This document shows, piece by piece, positions 8,601-16,696 of a DNA stretch of 18,434 nucleotides. The stretch lies in the NCBI GenBank assembly GCA_020846695.1, contig JADLDM010000116.1, positions 1-18,434 on the forward strand, read 5' to 3'. Below the pieces are notes generated by a model. That model did not search any database. It worked only from the letters and a program-made list of their open reading frames with translations, and had not been told where the DNA came from. Every line of letters starts with the position of its first letter. Within the stretch, counting starts at the first letter, position 1. This DNA is from a bacterium. Lineage in GTDB: Bacteria > Electryoneota > RPQS01. Both the position numbers and the translations under genes were made by a program.

Positions 8601-8710
8601 GTGCTCCGTCGCCGAGCCGGGTTCGCGCTCGATCACTCATTAAACGGCGCCAATCTTCCGCGCGTAACCCGGCCGAAATCCGACTGTCTCAGATTTCTAG
8701 TTTTCTGAAT

Positions 8711-8738
8711 TCATACCTCATACCTCTAACCTCATACC
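8711..8738. repeat. Four tandem heptamers (TCATACC, TCATACC, TCTAACC, TCATACC) lying 5 nt upstream of a small ORF
   Basis: Direct reading gives tcatacc tcatacc tctaacc tcatacc. Confidence 0.85.
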
Positions 8739-8743
8739 TTTCC

Positions 8744-9004
8744 ATGTTCTCTCCCGTTCACGCAGGCACATTTTATCTCAGCAGGAAAGACCTCGATGAA
8801 GGTCGCTCAGTCAAAGTTTGGTACATGGCGGATGGCATCAAGCGCGGCTGGCATTGCACCCCCGTCACCGCAGGCAAGGAAGACGAGCACGGCTATCCGC
8901 TGAGTCCCGATCTTTGGGACTACCTCTATACGGAGGAAGAACTCCGAGCAGGCAAAGATACGCGCCGGGAACTTTCCCGCGAGCATTCAGGTTATACCAA
9001 GTAG
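8744..9004 (+). CDS. Small hypothetical protein of 86 aa
   Basis: The internal ATG of ORF 8510..9004 lies beyond the end of the upstream gene. The codons have high GC3, which suggests coding. The sequence is MFSPVHAGTFYLSRKDLDEGRSVKVWYMADGIKRGWHCTPVT... I do not recognise a family. Confidence 0.35.
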   Translation: MFSPVHAGTFYLSRKDLDEGRSVKVWYMADGIKRGWHCTPVTAGKEDEHGYPLSPDLWDYLYTEEELRAGKDTRRELSREHSGYTK

Positions 9005-9495
9005 ATAGGAAGAGTGAAAGCGTCTCGGGGTTCGCATTCTGCCGATTGCATTGCCCTTTGCGGGCATTGTTGAATAGCTCGACACGTTCGCAGACCATGT
9101 AGCCACAGCGACGCGCATTTCTTCCTCCTCATTGGCCCGGGAATCGCGCGTTGCGTTTCTGCGGGCCTTCTGCTTTTTGAAACGCAGCGTCTCAGCCCAA
9201 TTCATCAATCCTAAATCATAACTCATCATTTAACAGAATCTTACAGCGTCCGCGCGAAGGCTGGCCTCTCGCCTCCCCCCGTAGGCTCCCAAAATGCAAG
9301 AGGATGCGTAGTACTGGATGGCGCTTGCGGCAAAGAATTTGCTGAATATTAATTAGGCTTACACGCGACGCTCATGTTGCGGCTGCCAAACAACCCAAAA
9401 CCGCGAGAAAGATGCCTTGCGTCTCATGAACCGGTTACCTAAATTGAGCAGTAGCATGTCTTTCGCCAAATGGCGACAGTTGAATTGAGGACCTT

Positions 9496-11949
9496 ATGCA
9501 AAACAAATTCTCCCTTCGCGTTCAACAAGTGATTCAGTACTCCCGGGAGGAGGCGCTCCGGCTTGGGCACGACTTCATCGGCACAGAACACCTGCTCTTG
9601 GGAATCATTCGCTTGGGAGATGGTCTTGCAGTGCAGATACTTCACAACCTCGGATGTGAACTGGATGAGTTGCGCGAATCCGTGGAAGAGATGGTGGATA
9701 CCTCGCGCGGCACGATGAAGATCGGGAATATCCCTTTCACCAAGCGCGCCGAAAAAGTCCTCAAGCTCTCATATATTGAAGGTAAGAGTTACTCGTCGGA
9801 CATCATCGGAACCGAGCATCTGCTGCTCGCGCTGCTCAAGGAAGAAGATTCGATGGCCGCGCAGGTGCTGCACGGCTTCAATGTCACCTACGAAAACGTC
9901 AAGACGGAGCTGGACAATCTGCTTCGCGGCTCGGGCCAGCAAGCGCCTGCCGCGCCTGCGGAAAAGACCAAGACTCCCAATCTCGATCACTTCTCTCGCG
10001 ATCTCACCAAGCTTGGGCGTGAAAACAAACTCGATCCGATTATCGGACGCGACAAGGAAATCGAGCGCGTCGCTCAGATTCTCTCGCGCCGCAAGAAGAA
10101 TAACCCCGTTTTGATTGGCGAGCCGGGCGTCGGTAAGACCGCCATCGCCGAAGGTCTCGCTCTGCGCATCGTGCAGCAGCGCGTCTCGCCGATTCTTTTC
10201 GGCAAGCGTGTCGTCGCTCTCGACTTGGGCTCGATTGTAGCAGGCACGAAATATCGCGGACAGTTCGAAGAGCGCATCAAGTCTATCATGACCGAGATTG
10301 AAAAGAATCCCGACATTATTCTTTTCATTGACGAATTGCACACCATCGTCGGAGCCGGAAGCGCGTCCGGCTCGCTCGATGCCTCAAACATGTTTAAGCC
10401 CGCATTGGCTCGCGGTGAACTCCAATGCATCGGCGCGACCACGCTGAATGAATATCGTCAGTCCATCGAAAAGGATGGAGCGCTGGAACGCCGATTCCAA
10501 AAAGTTATGGTGGATCCGCCGTCCGTCGAGGATTCCATTCAGATTCTCATGGGCCTTCGCGAAAAATATGAAGAGCATCACGGCGTGAAATTCAGTGACG
10601 AAGCGATTGAGGCCGCCGTGCGCTTCGCAGATCGCTACATCACGGATCGTTTTCTCCCAGATAAGGCTATTGACGTGATTGACGAAACCGGATCAAGCGT
10701 CCGCATTTCGCACATCGTCATTCCCGAGCGCATCATCGAAATCGAAAAGCAGATCGAAAATGTGCGCCACGAAAAGGAAGACCTGGTCAAGCGGCAGGAA
10801 TATGAAAAGGCCGCCATGCTGCGCGACAAAAAGGTCAAGCTCGAAACCATGCTCCGCGAAGAGAAAGAGCGCTGGGAGCGCTCCGAAGCGCGTCCCACTC
10901 TCGTCGTGACCCCTGAAGAAATCGCCAACACGGTTTCGCGTATGACCGGCATTCCCGTGCAGCGCGTTGCGTCAGGCGAAGGCGAACGTCTCCTGAAGAT
11001 CGGCGAATCGCTCGGCAAAAAAATTCTCGGACAAAAGGAAGCGATCGAGACGATTGCGAAAGCGCTTCGTCGCGCGCGTTCAGGGTTGAAGAGCCCCACG
11101 CGTCCGATTGGAAGCTTCATGTTCCTCGGAACTCCCGGTGTCGGTAAGACCGAACTCGCGCACGTGCTCGCGGAATATCTTTTTAATGATCCTGAAGCGC
11201 TCATCCGCATTGACATGAGCGAGTATAGCGAGAAGTTCAACGTCTCACGTCTGATCGGCGCGCCTCCCGGCTATGTCGGCTATGATGAAGGCGGACAGCT
11301 CACGGAAAAAGTGCGACGCAAACCCTACAGCGTTGTGCTGCTTGACGAAGTCGAAAAAGCTCACCCCGACGTCTTCAACGTGCTGCTTCAGGTTCTTGAT
11401 CACGGAGAACTCACTGACGGAACGGGACAGAAAGTTGATTTCAAGAACACAATCTTGATCCTGACGTCAAACCTCGGAACTCGCGAAGCTGCAAAGTCTT
11501 TGGATTTCGGTTTCGGCGGAGCGAAAGCTGAAACGCATGACAAGATTTCCGGAAAGATGATGGAAGAGGTTAAGCGCGCGTTCCGACCTGAGTTTCTGAA
11601 TCGCTTGGATGAGATCGTCGTCTTCAACATGCTCACGCGTGAAGCGATTGAAGAAATTCTCAACAAGTATGTTGATGAAATCAACAAGCGTCTTGTGGAT
11701 CGCGGCTTGACCGTTCAGTTGACTGCGAAGGCCCGTGATTATCTTGTGGATAAGGGCTTCAAACCTGAAGTCGGCGCGCGTTTGATGCGTCGCACGGTCG
11801 AAAAATACGTCGAGGATCCGCTCGCGGAAGAAATTCTCCGCGACCGCTTCCATGAAGGCTCCTCGATTCAAGTCACTTTGAAGAACGAAGAACTCTCCTT
11901 CCGCGAGTTCAAGGAAAAGGTCCCCGAAGAATCCGCCGAAACCGAATAA
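9496..11949 (+). CDS. clpC: ATP-dependent Clp protease ATP-binding subunit ClpC (class III HSP100)
   Basis: Two N-terminal Clp_N repeats are present. AAA+ module 1 carries Walker [15 protein letters not shown]-like middle motif follows ([31 protein letters not shown]). AAA+ module 2 carries [11 protein letters not shown], and a C-terminal D2-small domain is present. The protein is 817 aa. Confidence 0.95.
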   Translation: MQNKFSLRVQQVIQYSREEALRLGHDFIGTEHLLLGIIRLGDGLAVQILHNLGCELDELRESVEEMVDTSRGTMKIGNIPFTKRAEKVLKLSYIEGKSYSSDIIGTEHLLLALLKEEDSMAAQVLHGFNVTYENVKTELDNLLRGSGQQAPAAPAEKTKTPNLDHFSRDLTKLGRENKLDPIIGRDKEIERVAQILSRRKKNNPVLIGEPGVGKTAIAEGLALRIVQQRVSPILFGKRVVALDLGSIVAGTKYRGQFEERIKSIMTEIEKNPDIILFIDELHTIVGAGSASGSLDASNMFKPALARGELQCIGATTLNEYRQSIEKDGALERRFQKVMVDPPSVEDSIQILMGLREKYEEHHGVKFSDEAIEAAVRFADRYITDRFLPDKAIDVIDETGSSVRISHIVIPERIIEIEKQIENVRHEKEDLVKRQEYEKAAMLRDKKVKLETMLREEKERWERSEARPTLVVTPEEIANTVSRMTGIPVQRVASGEGERLLKIGESLGKKILGQKEAIETIAKALRRARSGLKSPTRPIGSFMFLGTPGVGKTELAHVLAEYLFNDPEALIRIDMSEYSEKFNVSRLIGAPPGYVGYDEGGQLTEKVRRKPYSVVLLDEVEKAHPDVFNVLLQVLDHGELTDGTGQKVDFKNTILILTSNLGTREAAKSLDFGFGGAKAETHDKISGKMMEEVKRAFRPEFLNRLDEIVVFNMLTREAIEEILNKYVDEINKRLVDRGLTVQLTAKARDYLVDKGFKPEVGARLMRRTVEKYVEDPLAEEILRDRFHEGSSIQVTLKNEELSFREFKEKVPEESAETE

Positions 11950-11970
11950 GTATTTCCTTGTGTTGTTGTA

Positions 11971-12006
11971 GGGGCGGCCCGTGCTTTTCAAACACCGTGG
12001 CCGCCC
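11971..12006 (+). terminator. Intrinsic terminator after clpC
   Basis: The GC stem is GGGCGGCC...GGCCGCCC (8 bp) around a roughly 19-nt loop. It is followed by ttcttatgg. Confidence 0.6.
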
Positions 12007-12024
12007 TTCTTATGGTTAGACACT

Positions 12025-12036
12025 TGCATATACAAA
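12025..12036. promoter_or_regulatory. Near-palindromic candidate MarR operator upstream of the marR-like gene
   Basis: TTGCATATACAA differs at one position from the perfect palindrome TTGTATATACAA at 12546..12557. It lies about 20 bp upstream of the ATG at 12058, next to a TATAAT hexamer at 12037-12042. Confidence 0.45.
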
Positions 12037-12057
12037 TATAATTGCGTATCTTCCCCC

Positions 12058-12486
12058 ATGGGCTGTGATCAATCCACTTACTGCCGCTGTCTGTACTATT
12101 CCGCAAATGCGCTGGCCCGTATCCTCACGCGGATGGGAGAGGAGGAGTTTGCGCCCGTAGGGTTGCCGCCGTCTTATGCCTTCCTCTTGATGAACGTCAA
12201 CGCGCATCCCGGCAGTACGCCCACGGAAGTCTCGCATCACATGATGCTCGCGCCTTCTACGGTTACTCGCCTCGTGGAAAAGATGGAGGACGCGGGTTAT
12301 CTTCGCCGGAAACGTGAAGGCAAGGAAATCCACATCTTCCCGACCGCGAAAAGCAGGCGGCTCGACCCGAAAATCAAGTCTTGCTGGCGCGCGCTTCACG
12401 ACCGCTACGTGAAACTTCTGGGCAAAGAGGCAAGCGCTCGCCTCACTGCGGACGTCTTTGAAGCGGCGCTCGCGCTGGAACCTTGA
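12058..12486 (+). CDS. MarR-family transcriptional regulator
   Basis: The 142-aa protein has a wHTH region TPTEVSHHMMLAPSTVTRLVEKMEDAGYLRRKREGKEIHIFPTAKSRRL. This matches the MarR architecture of recognition helix, wing and dimerisation helices. Confidence 0.85.
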   Translation: MGCDQSTYCRCLYYSANALARILTRMGEEEFAPVGLPPSYAFLLMNVNAHPGSTPTEVSHHMMLAPSTVTRLVEKMEDAGYLRRKREGKEIHIFPTAKSRRLDPKIKSCWRALHDRYVKLLGKEASARLTADVFEAALALEP

Positions 12487-12545
12487 ACCACTCGTAACGG
12501 GCCGCCGAGCCGGGTTAAGACTTTGCGCAAAACGGCCGAAGCATA

Positions 12546-12557
12546 ATTGTATATACA
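12546..12557. promoter_or_regulatory. Perfect 12-bp palindrome TTGTATATACAA, a candidate MarR operator upstream of the oxidoreductase gene
   Basis: The sequence is its own reverse complement. It lies 35 bp upstream of the ATG at 12592 and just upstream of an AAGGAGAA ribosome-binding site. Confidence 0.5.
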
Positions 12558-12591
12558 ACTAACATTCTCACTATCAAATCAAGGAGAACCC

Positions 12592-13275
12592 ATGAAAATC
12601 GGAATACTCGGAACCGGAATGGTCGCGCAGTCTCTCGCGCCCAAACTCGTCGAACTCGGACATGATGTGCTGCTCGGCACGCGCGATGTGAAGGAATCGC
12701 TCGCGCGCACGGGAACCAATGGTTGGGGTCATCCCGAGTTTGGCGACTGGCACAAGCAAAATTCGCACATCAAGGTCGGAACCTTTGCGGATGCGGCGGT
12801 GCACGGCGAACTCGTGATGAATGCCTGTTCCGGACACGGGTCGCTTCCCGCTTTGAAAGCGGCGGGCGCGAACAATCTGAACGGCAAAATTCTGGTGGAC
12901 ATCTCAAACCCGCTCGATTTCTCAAACGGATTTCCACCCTCACTCTTCGTCGGCAACACGGATTCTTTGGGCGAGCAAATTCAGCGTGAGTATCCAAGTG
13001 TGAAGGTCGTGAAGACCCTCAACACCGTGAACGCGATGCTGATGACGAATCCTAACATGCTCGGAGGCGGCGATCACACGATTTTTGTATCGGGCAATGA
13101 TGCGCAGGCGAAAGAAGCCGTGATTGACTTCCTGAAATCGCAATTCGGCTGGCGTGACGTGATAGACTTCGGCGACATCACCAACGCGCGCGCGACGGAG
13201 AGCTATCTCCATCTCTGGATCCGAATGTTCGGCCAATTTCAAAACCCCATGGTCACTATCAAAGTCCTGAAATAG
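12592..13275 (+). CDS. NADP-binding oxidoreductase of the F420-dependent NADP reductase/ProC-like Rossmann family
   Basis: The N-terminal dinucleotide fold MKIGILGTGMVAQSLAPKLVELGHDVLLGTRD is typical of the NADP_oxidored_coenzyme_F420 family. A good SD (aaggagaa) precedes the start. The six-frame ORF begins at 12547. Confidence 0.7.
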   Translation: MKIGILGTGMVAQSLAPKLVELGHDVLLGTRDVKESLARTGTNGWGHPEFGDWHKQNSHIKVGTFADAAVHGELVMNACSGHGSLPALKAAGANNLNGKILVDISNPLDFSNGFPPSLFVGNTDSLGEQIQREYPSVKVVKTLNTVNAMLMTNPNMLGGGDHTIFVSGNDAQAKEAVIDFLKSQFGWRDVIDFGDITNARATESYLHLWIRMFGQFQNPMVTIKVLK

Positions 13276-13287
13276 CGCCTTTCCATT

Positions 13288-13345
13288 TCTTCTCCCTTTC
13301 CCCTCGATGCGAGGGGAAAGGGGCAGGGGATAGGGGTCTCTCTCT
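13288..13345. repeat. Family A intergenic repeat, copy 1. A C-rich arm pairs with a G-rich arm, and a G4-tract tail follows.
   Basis: The hairpin CCCTTTCCCCTCG-atg-CGAGGGGAAAGGG (13294-13322) is followed by GCAGGGGATAGGGG. This gives four GGGG runs with 2-3 nt loops, a canonical G-quadruplex motif. Confidence 0.8.
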
Positions 13346-13391
13346 GAAATATCTCTTTCTGTTTTCAAATTCTGATTTGGAATTTCATCCG

Positions 13392-13694
13392 ATGATCAAG
13401 CACATCGTCCTCTGGAAACTTCACGACCACGCAGACGGTCATGACAAAAAAGAAAACGCGCTCCGTGTGAAGCGGGCGTTGGAAAACATGCGCGGAAAAG
13501 TTGAAGGCTTGCTCTCGCTTGAATTCGGAATCAACCAGCTTCCCGGTGATCAGGCTTACGACATTTCCCTTCTCTGCGAGTTCACCGATTGGACTGCTCT
13601 TGAATCCTATCGCGTGCACCCGCTTCACCAATCCGTCATCGAACTTCTGAACAAAGTCCGCTCCCACCGCATCGTGGTAGACTACGAAATCTGA
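13392..13694 (+). CDS. Dabb-family stress-responsive alpha/beta-barrel protein
   Basis: The roughly 100-aa protein MIKHIVLWKL...VEGLLSLEFGIN...DISLLCEFTDWTALESYRVHPLHQ matches the Dabb (stress responsive A/B barrel) pattern. The start is chosen at the ATG at 13392. The six-frame ORF begins at 13377. Confidence 0.7.
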   Translation: MIKHIVLWKLHDHADGHDKKENALRVKRALENMRGKVEGLLSLEFGINQLPGDQAYDISLLCEFTDWTALESYRVHPLHQSVIELLNKVRSHRIVVDYEI

Positions 13695-13839
13695 CTCTCT
13701 TCTCCCTTTCCCCTCGATGCGAGGGGAAAGGGCGGGGGATAGGGGTTTCTTGCGTGATTGACTACGAAATCTAGTCTCTTCCCTTCCCCCTCGATGCGAG
13801 GGGGAAGGGGCAGGGGATAGGGGTTTCTTCCGTCGCCGA
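13680..13839. repeat. Tandem duplication of about 80 bp repeated twice. Each unit holds the last 15 nt of the Dabb CDS (GACTACGAAATCT) plus a family A repeat copy (copies 2 and 3).
   Basis: Unit 1 (13680-13759) and unit 2 (13760-13839) are about 85% identical. Both carry CCCTTTCCCCTCGATGCGAGGGGAAAGGG(C/G)...GGGGATAGGGGTTTCTT. Unit 2 continues into the tail motif CGTCGCCGAGCGGGG. Confidence 0.85.
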
Positions 13840-13890
13840 GCGGGGATTAAGGACGAAGTCCGGTTCCCTGCCGGGATCTGACTCTGACTG

Positions 13891-13913
13891 TAAATTTGAA
13901 TTTGTAAATTTGA
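13891..13913 (+). promoter_or_regulatory. Duplicated TAAATTTG boxes that match the Bacteroidota sigma-A -7 consensus TAnnTTTG. Candidate promoter for the SPFH gene.
   Basis: The sequence gTAAATTTGAatttgTAAATTTGAg lies about 100-120 nt upstream of the ATG at 14010. An AAGGAG ribosome-binding site sits at 13994-13999. Confidence 0.4.
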
Positions 13914-14009
13914 GTCTTTCTTCCCCCCATTTGCCTTTCCCCTTCAATTTCGCCATCTTGAGAGACAGCACCATCGTTTCTCAACGTTCTTCATAAGGAG
14001 TTCCAGACT

Positions 14010-14828
14010 ATGGAAACCTATCGCGCAGCTCCCCCCAGCGCCGGCCTTGTTCTACGCATCATCGGTGCGCTGATCATCGTCGTACTCATCTTTCGCTGTT
14101 TCGTGGTGATTCCTGCCGGTCATGTCGGAGTGGTGGATTTCTTCGGTAAGGTTTCGGATTCCACTTTGAAGCCCGGCGTCAATTTCCGAAATCCGCTCGC
14201 GCAGATTCACAAATTTTCGGTGAAGACTCAGGAGAAGAAAGAGGTCATGGTGGTTCCGTCCAAAGAGGGACTCTCTGTGACCTTGGAAGTCTCGGTGCTC
14301 TATCACTTGAATCCCGAAACAGCTGCCGATGTGTACAAGACCATCGGCCCTAACTACGAGACGATTATTCTTGAACCGAATTTCCGCTCGATTACGCGTG
14401 GCGTGACTGCGGGTTACGAAGCACGCGCTCTCTACACCTCTGAACGCGAGTTGCTCGCCGCGCAAATTAAGGAAGCGCTTGAAAAAACCGTCGCCCCGCG
14501 CGGCATCACGATTGAAGCAACTCCTTTGCGTCAAGTCGGACTTCCGCCGAATTTAACTGCTTCGATTGAGCAGAAGCTTCAATCCGAGCAGGAATCGCAG
14601 CGCATGGAGTTTATCTTGACGAAGGAGTCTCAGGAAGCCGAGCGCAAACGCATCGAGGCGCAGGGCATCGCCGACTTTCAAAAAATCGTTGCACAAGGTC
14701 TGAGTGATTCCTATCTTCGCTGGAAGGGAATCGAAGCGACCGAAAAACTCGCAGCATCGGCCAACGCAAAGACCGTCATCATCGGCTCCGGCAAAGACGG
14801 CTTGCCCGTCATCCTCGGCGGCCAATAG
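14010..14828 (+). CDS. SPFH/band-7 (prohibitin/HflC-like) membrane protein
   Basis: An N-terminal transmembrane helix is followed by a band-7 domain (VIPAGHVGVVDFFGKV...VLYHLNPETAADVYKTIGPNYETIILEPNFRSITRGV). The C-terminal region is a coiled coil. The protein is 272 aa and has a good RBS. Confidence 0.85.
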   Translation: METYRAAPPSAGLVLRIIGALIIVVLIFRCFVVIPAGHVGVVDFFGKVSDSTLKPGVNFRNPLAQIHKFSVKTQEKKEVMVVPSKEGLSVTLEVSVLYHLNPETAADVYKTIGPNYETIILEPNFRSITRGVTAGYEARALYTSERELLAAQIKEALEKTVAPRGITIEATPLRQVGLPPNLTASIEQKLQSEQESQRMEFILTKESQEAERKRIEAQGIADFQKIVAQGLSDSYLRWKGIEATEKLAASANAKTVIIGSGKDGLPVILGGQ

Positions 14829-14853
14829 GCTGAGATCTTTACTTCGGATGTAG

Positions 14854-14884
14854 GGGCGGGTCCCAGACCCGCCCGCTTTCTCTG
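14854..14884 (+). terminator. Intrinsic terminator after the SPFH gene
   Basis: The stem GGGCGGGTC-cca-GACCCGCCC is a perfect 9 bp. It is followed by gctttctct. Confidence 0.65.
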
Positions 14885-14885
14885 T

Positions 14886-15087
14886 CCCCCTGCTCTGCGG
14901 GGGGACTACAGGGGGGTGTCCGCTCACATACCTTTCGTAGGGACACGATACGCTTGCCCTCGTAAGGGTCGTGTCAGCTCGCTACACTGGCGGCGGCCTC
15001 CGGCCGTCTTAGTCTTCTGGCTGTAGAGGCGGATGGCGATCCGCCCGCCTACCATTCGTAGGGACACGATAAATCGTGTCCGTCCGG
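14886..15087. repeat. Mosaic hairpin repeat block X1. It reads GTCCCCC...GGGGGAC hairpin, long GGACACGAT hairpin module, 54-nt core, then short GGACACGAT hairpin module.
   Basis: The long module runs 14929-14977 (cctttcgtagggacacgatacgcttgccctcgtaagggtcgtgtc). The core runs 14991-15044 and is identical to 16537-16590. The short module is 15055-15082 (ttcgtagggacacgat-aa-atcgtgtcc). Confidence 0.85.
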
Positions 15088-15165
15088 TTTCTTCTCCTCC
15101 CTTCCCACTCGTCGCGAGGGGAAAGGGCCGGGGTTAGGGGTTCTCTCTCGTCGCCGAGCAGGGCT
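15088..15165. repeat. Family A repeat copy 4 with its tail motif
   Basis: The sequence is cttctcctcccttcccactcgtcgcgaggggaaagggccggggttaggggttctctctcgtcgccgagcagggc. The G tracts are GGGG AAA GGG CC GGGG TTA GGGG. Confidence 0.8.
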
Positions 15166-15258
15166 CGAACGTATTTGCCGAGTCCATTGCATCCATCGTC
15201 CGCGCGCAACGCGTCAGGCCCGACAATCAGTCGGTTGTTTCAACTCCGAGCGTACATC

Positions 15259-16428
15259 ATGCGAGAATTCATCAGACCAATCTTGATTCTCTTCGTACTT
15301 CTGCTTGCAGCGCTATTTGCAGGCTGTGCCAACGATCACGATGACGGTGGCACCACGTCGCCTCAGTCTCTTGAACAAGAGTTGCAGCAGATTGTCTCAT
15401 CGTCAATCTCTCCGTCCGCGGACGTGCACAGCGCTGTGGTCGAAGTTGAGGATCCCGCGCGAGACTTCTCTTGGCGCGGAGCGGCAGGCTTCGCGAATCC
15501 GCAAACTTCGGAGCGAATGACAATCAACCATCGTTTCAGAATTGCCAGCGTCACGAAGCCGATGACTGCAGTACTGATCCTTCGTCTCACGGAGGAAGGT
15601 GTACTCGATCTTGATCATACCGCATGGGCATACTTGGGAGACTCAAGCGGTGTGAATTTCGATAGCCTTATGATCTACCAGGGAACCTCGTACGGGCGAG
15701 CGATTACGCTGAAGCGTTTGCTGCGCCATACGAGCGGATTGCCCGATTACGTCTTCGACGGGCCGACCAACATCTACGGTTTGACGGACTTCCTTTCCTA
15801 TGCGCTGAGTCATCCCGACAAGCAATGGGAGCCCTATGAAATGGTACAATGGTCCTATCGTCATCTTGCCGCAGTTGGAGTACCCGGCCAGCGTTATCAC
15901 TACAGTGATACGGGCTATGTCCTGCTGGGGATGGTGGCCGAACAAGTAACGGGTCAAGAGCTTCCCGATTTGTACCGGCAATACATTTTTGATCCCTTGG
16001 GAATGGATGTATCCTATCTCGAATTCCACGAATCGCCGGTCGCGGGCGGGGCGCTGTCGCACGCCTATTTTGATCAACTGGACGCGATGAGTTACAACAC
16101 GTCATTTGATTGGGCGGGCGGTGGTGTCGTCAGTTCGGCGGAGGATATCACACGTTTCATTCGAGCGGTTGCAGAGGGTTCGATCTTCACAAATCCCGGC
16201 TCGCATGATATCATGTTCGACTGGATGGATATCGGAACGGGAGAGTTCTACGGATTGGGGATAGAGAAGCGCGTTACAAGTCTCGGTGAATTTGTTGGTC
16301 ATCCGGGCGTCTATGGCTCCTTCGCTTATTATTGGATGAACCGCGGCATCACTTGCACGGGAACAATGAATCAACTCACTGCGGATGTAGAGGGTTTCCT
16401 TCTGGACATCATGTACGTCATGGACTGA
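15259..16428 (+). CDS. Lipoprotein serine hydrolase of the beta-lactamase/transpeptidase superfamily (class C beta-lactamase-related)
   Basis: The signal peptide carries an LFAGC lipobox. An SxxK active-site motif (SVTK in RIASVTKPMTAVLIL) and a YSD element (HYSDTGY) are present. The start is chosen at the ATG at 15259. The six-frame ORF 15076.. extends back across the repeat DNA and is not credible there. Confidence 0.75.
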   Translation: MREFIRPILILFVLLLAALFAGCANDHDDGGTTSPQSLEQELQQIVSSSISPSADVHSAVVEVEDPARDFSWRGAAGFANPQTSERMTINHRFRIASVTKPMTAVLILRLTEEGVLDLDHTAWAYLGDSSGVNFDSLMIYQGTSYGRAITLKRLLRHTSGLPDYVFDGPTNIYGLTDFLSYALSHPDKQWEPYEMVQWSYRHLAAVGVPGQRYHYSDTGYVLLGMVAEQVTGQELPDLYRQYIFDPLGMDVSYLEFHESPVAGGALSHAYFDQLDAMSYNTSFDWAGGGVVSSAEDITRFIRAVAEGSIFTNPGSHDIMFDWMDIGTGEFYGLGIEKRVTSLGEFVGHPGVYGSFAYYWMNRGITCTGTMNQLTADVEGFLLDIMYVMD

Positions 16429-16490
16429 GTGTCCGCGCGAGCAAACATCTCTTTCCTTTGCAAATATAAAGACACAAGAAAAGCGCGACC

Positions 16491-16650
16491 ATGTCTTCGT
16501 AAGGACACATTGCATCGTGTCCGCTCTCATCACTGCCGGCGGCCTCCGGCCGTCTTAGTCTTCTGGCTGTAGAGGCGGATGGCGATCCGCTTACATACCT
16601 TTCGTAGGAACACGATTCGCTTGCCCTTGTAAGGGTCGTGTCCGCGTATC
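16491..16650. repeat. Mosaic hairpin repeat block X2. It has the same modules as X1, but the hairpin modules are in swapped order: short, then core, then long.
   Basis: The short module is 16497-16522 (tcgtaaggacacattgcatcgtgtcc). The core 16537-16590 is 54/54 identical to 14991-15044. The long module is 16597-16645 (cctttcgtaggaacacgattcgcttgcccttgtaagggtcgtgtcc). Confidence 0.85.
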
Positions 16651-16660
16651 TATACAAAAC

Positions 16661-16696
16661 AAAATAGCGCAACCACATTGGTCGCGCTATTTGTAT
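16661..16696. terminator. Bidirectional intrinsic terminator between the convergent hydrolase and T9SS-cargo genes
   Basis: The stem AAATAGCGC...GCGCTATTT is 9 bp with a 13-nt loop that holds an inner ACCA/TGGT pair. U-rich runs lie on both sides (plus: tttgtatcttc; minus: ttttgttttgtat). Confidence 0.6.

Noticed and set aside
8510-8743. Longer version of the small ORF (8510..9004, 164 aa)
   Set aside because: Its 5' part overlaps the end of the propeller gene in another frame. It encodes an Arg/Ser-rich low-complexity peptide and contains the heptamer repeats. Only the part from the ATG at 8744 looks coding.
12037-12042. TATAAT hexamer as a sigma-70 -10 element for marR
   Set aside because: No suitably spaced -35 is present, as the TTGCAT hexamer lies only 6 nt upstream. 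The organism probably uses Bacteroidota-type promoters. The hexamer is kept only as part of the operator description.
10635-12558. Antisense ORFs within clpC and marR (10635..11240 minus, 11467..11991 minus, 12016..12558 minus)
   Set aside because: They are antisense to high-confidence genes and have no recognisable domains. The same applies to 7440..7997 minus inside the propeller gene, and to 3941..5281 plus and 4793..5281 plus inside SulP.
15076-15258. N-terminal extension of the hydrolase ORF (six-frame ORF starts at 15076)
   Set aside because: The extension runs through repeat DNA and encodes low-complexity S/P/R-rich sequence. The internal ATG at 15259 gives a canonical lipoprotein signal peptide (LFAGC).
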